A DNA stretch of 63,952 bases, the filler included, from Gonapodya sp. JEL0774 (lineage: Eukaryota): assembly GCA_027604505.1 (NCBI GenBank). It is 4 parts of 4 records of this genome, joined end to end, with 100 filler letters (N's around TTAATTAATTAA, not from the genome) between each part and the next. Parts side by side here need not be neighbours in the genome. Positions count along the whole stretch, not along the records: positions 48,281 to 63,952 come from JADIIX010000294.1; 3 more parts are not named here. One strand, written 5' to 3'. Positions within the stretch are counted from its first letter, which is position 1, and each line of letters opens with the position of its first letter. The notes beneath the pieces are model-generated. The model did not search any database, was not told where the DNA came from, and saw only the letters and a program-made list of their open reading frames with translations. Of this stretch, positions 62,901-63,952 are shown piece by piece. The position numbers were made by a program, and so were the translations under genes.

Positions 62901-63688
62901 TGGATGCCCAGTACATGCTTGGTGTGTGCTACGCGAATGGGCACGGCGTGAAGCAAGACTATTTCGACGCCGTGAATTGGTACAACAAGGCTGCCCAGAA
63001 AGGCCATGCAGTTGCGCAGTGCAACCTCGGCAGCTGCTATTATGAAGGTTTGGGTGTGAAGAGTGACAAGGCTGAGGGTGTAAACTGGTGGAGAATGGCA
63101 GCAAACCAGGGCCATGCCATTGCTCAGCATAACCTAGCAGAATGTCTCCGATGTGGTCGAGGTACCGATCGAAAACTGCAGGAATCTCAGAAATGGTTCA
63201 GGAAAGCGGCTGACCAAGGATTGAGTTTCAGCCAATTTAACCTTGCCTACTACTTTTACTTGCATGGCCTTGGTGTTACCGAATGTGACCTTGTGGAAGC
63301 TGAGGAGCTCTTTGTAAGGGCAGCTGATGGCAACCATATCAAGAGTCTCGGTGTGTTGTATGAACGTGGATGGGGCGGAAGAGCAAAGGACGAGGAGAAA
63401 GCAATTGAACACTACAAAAGTGATCTCAGCGAGGAATCCAAGACTTTACTTGGGACCATGTATGAGGAGGGTCGCGGTGGATTAGAGCGTGATTTGGCAA
63501 AGGCAGTGGAGCTGTACACGAAGGCGGTGGAGGAGGCTGGGGACCAAGTTGCGCAGGCTCACCTGGGACAGATGCATGAGCTTGGCCTGGGTGGAGTGCC
63601 GATGGACCTGTCCAAGGCAATTGAGTTGTACAAGTTGGCAGACACGTCAAAGTCTCGGGAAGCACTGGCCCGCTTGAATGAAAAGTAA
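59991..63688 (+). CDS. Tyrosine-kinase-like protein kinase fused to about 19-20 Sel1-like repeats; multi-exon, start uncertain
   Basis: KIGEGGYGTVFKG, VALK, HADIKPPNLL, GDFG, GGTPRYMSPE, DVYAFS, CWAYHPDDRP; then 36-aa repeats AQFNLGxCYxNGxGVxxDxxEAVKWYRKAADQG. Confidence 0.93.
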
Positions 63689-63952
63689 TGTGTTGCAAGC
63701 AATTGTAACTTGCATTGGCATTGAAATTCCTGAACAACCAGCAACCCACGTCATGGTGTCACATGGGACTCAAGACTGTTGGAGTTCTGGGAATAAATGA
63801 AAAACACTATTTAAATAGTTGGATTTGCAGTGCTAGGCTTACTAGGGGTGTGTGACTGTGATACACTTTATTGACCCCCTCCAAACTGCCTCAAACACTC
63901 CCAACCCACTCCCAATATGTAGTAGAATGTTTTTTGTGAGGGGGCAAGTACA

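Noticed and set aside
61700..63240. Regularly spaced repeats that might suggest a CRISPR array
   Set aside because: They are in-frame 36-codon Sel1 protein repeats in a eukaryotic gene, with no unique spacers and no cas genes.
61778..63412. Repetitive antisense ORFs over the Sel1 region
   Set aside because: Shadow frames of the repeated sense-strand codons.

Overview
Intron-rich eukaryotic genomic DNA, most likely from an early-diverging (zoosporic, possibly Gonapodya-like) fungus. That assignment is an inference from gene content, short GT-AG introns and the TKL-kinase/Sel1 gene. The window holds about 16 host genes or pseudogenes: an SH3 pseudogene, a PA-TM-RING E3 ligase, an Lnt-like nitrilase-family membrane protein, a CHFR-type ligase, an MFS transporter, an Nrc-2/Fpk1-type AGC kinase, EMC6, RRP3, a CNMT/CFA-family methyltransferase, PEX5, a C2H2 protein, a (6-4) photolyase, an HSL-family hydrolase, an NAD-dependent epimerase-like SDR, glutathione synthetase, an App1-like phosphatase and a kinase-Sel1 protein. 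A CpG-depleted transposon island (~16.1-32.1 kb) sits in the middle. It contains a decayed full-length Ty1/Copia element with a 5-bp TSD, a related solo LTR, a tRNA-Leu(CAA) gene with a degenerate copy, and a 5'-truncated DIRS-type tyrosine-recombinase retrotransposon. The most striking observation concerns the DIRS element. Its RT, RNaseH-MTase and recombinase reading frames are interrupted by at least four apparent spliceosomal introns. Its internal complementary region (ICR), the cis element DIRS elements use for replication, lies inside one of those introns. All exon boundaries were read by eye and are approximate.
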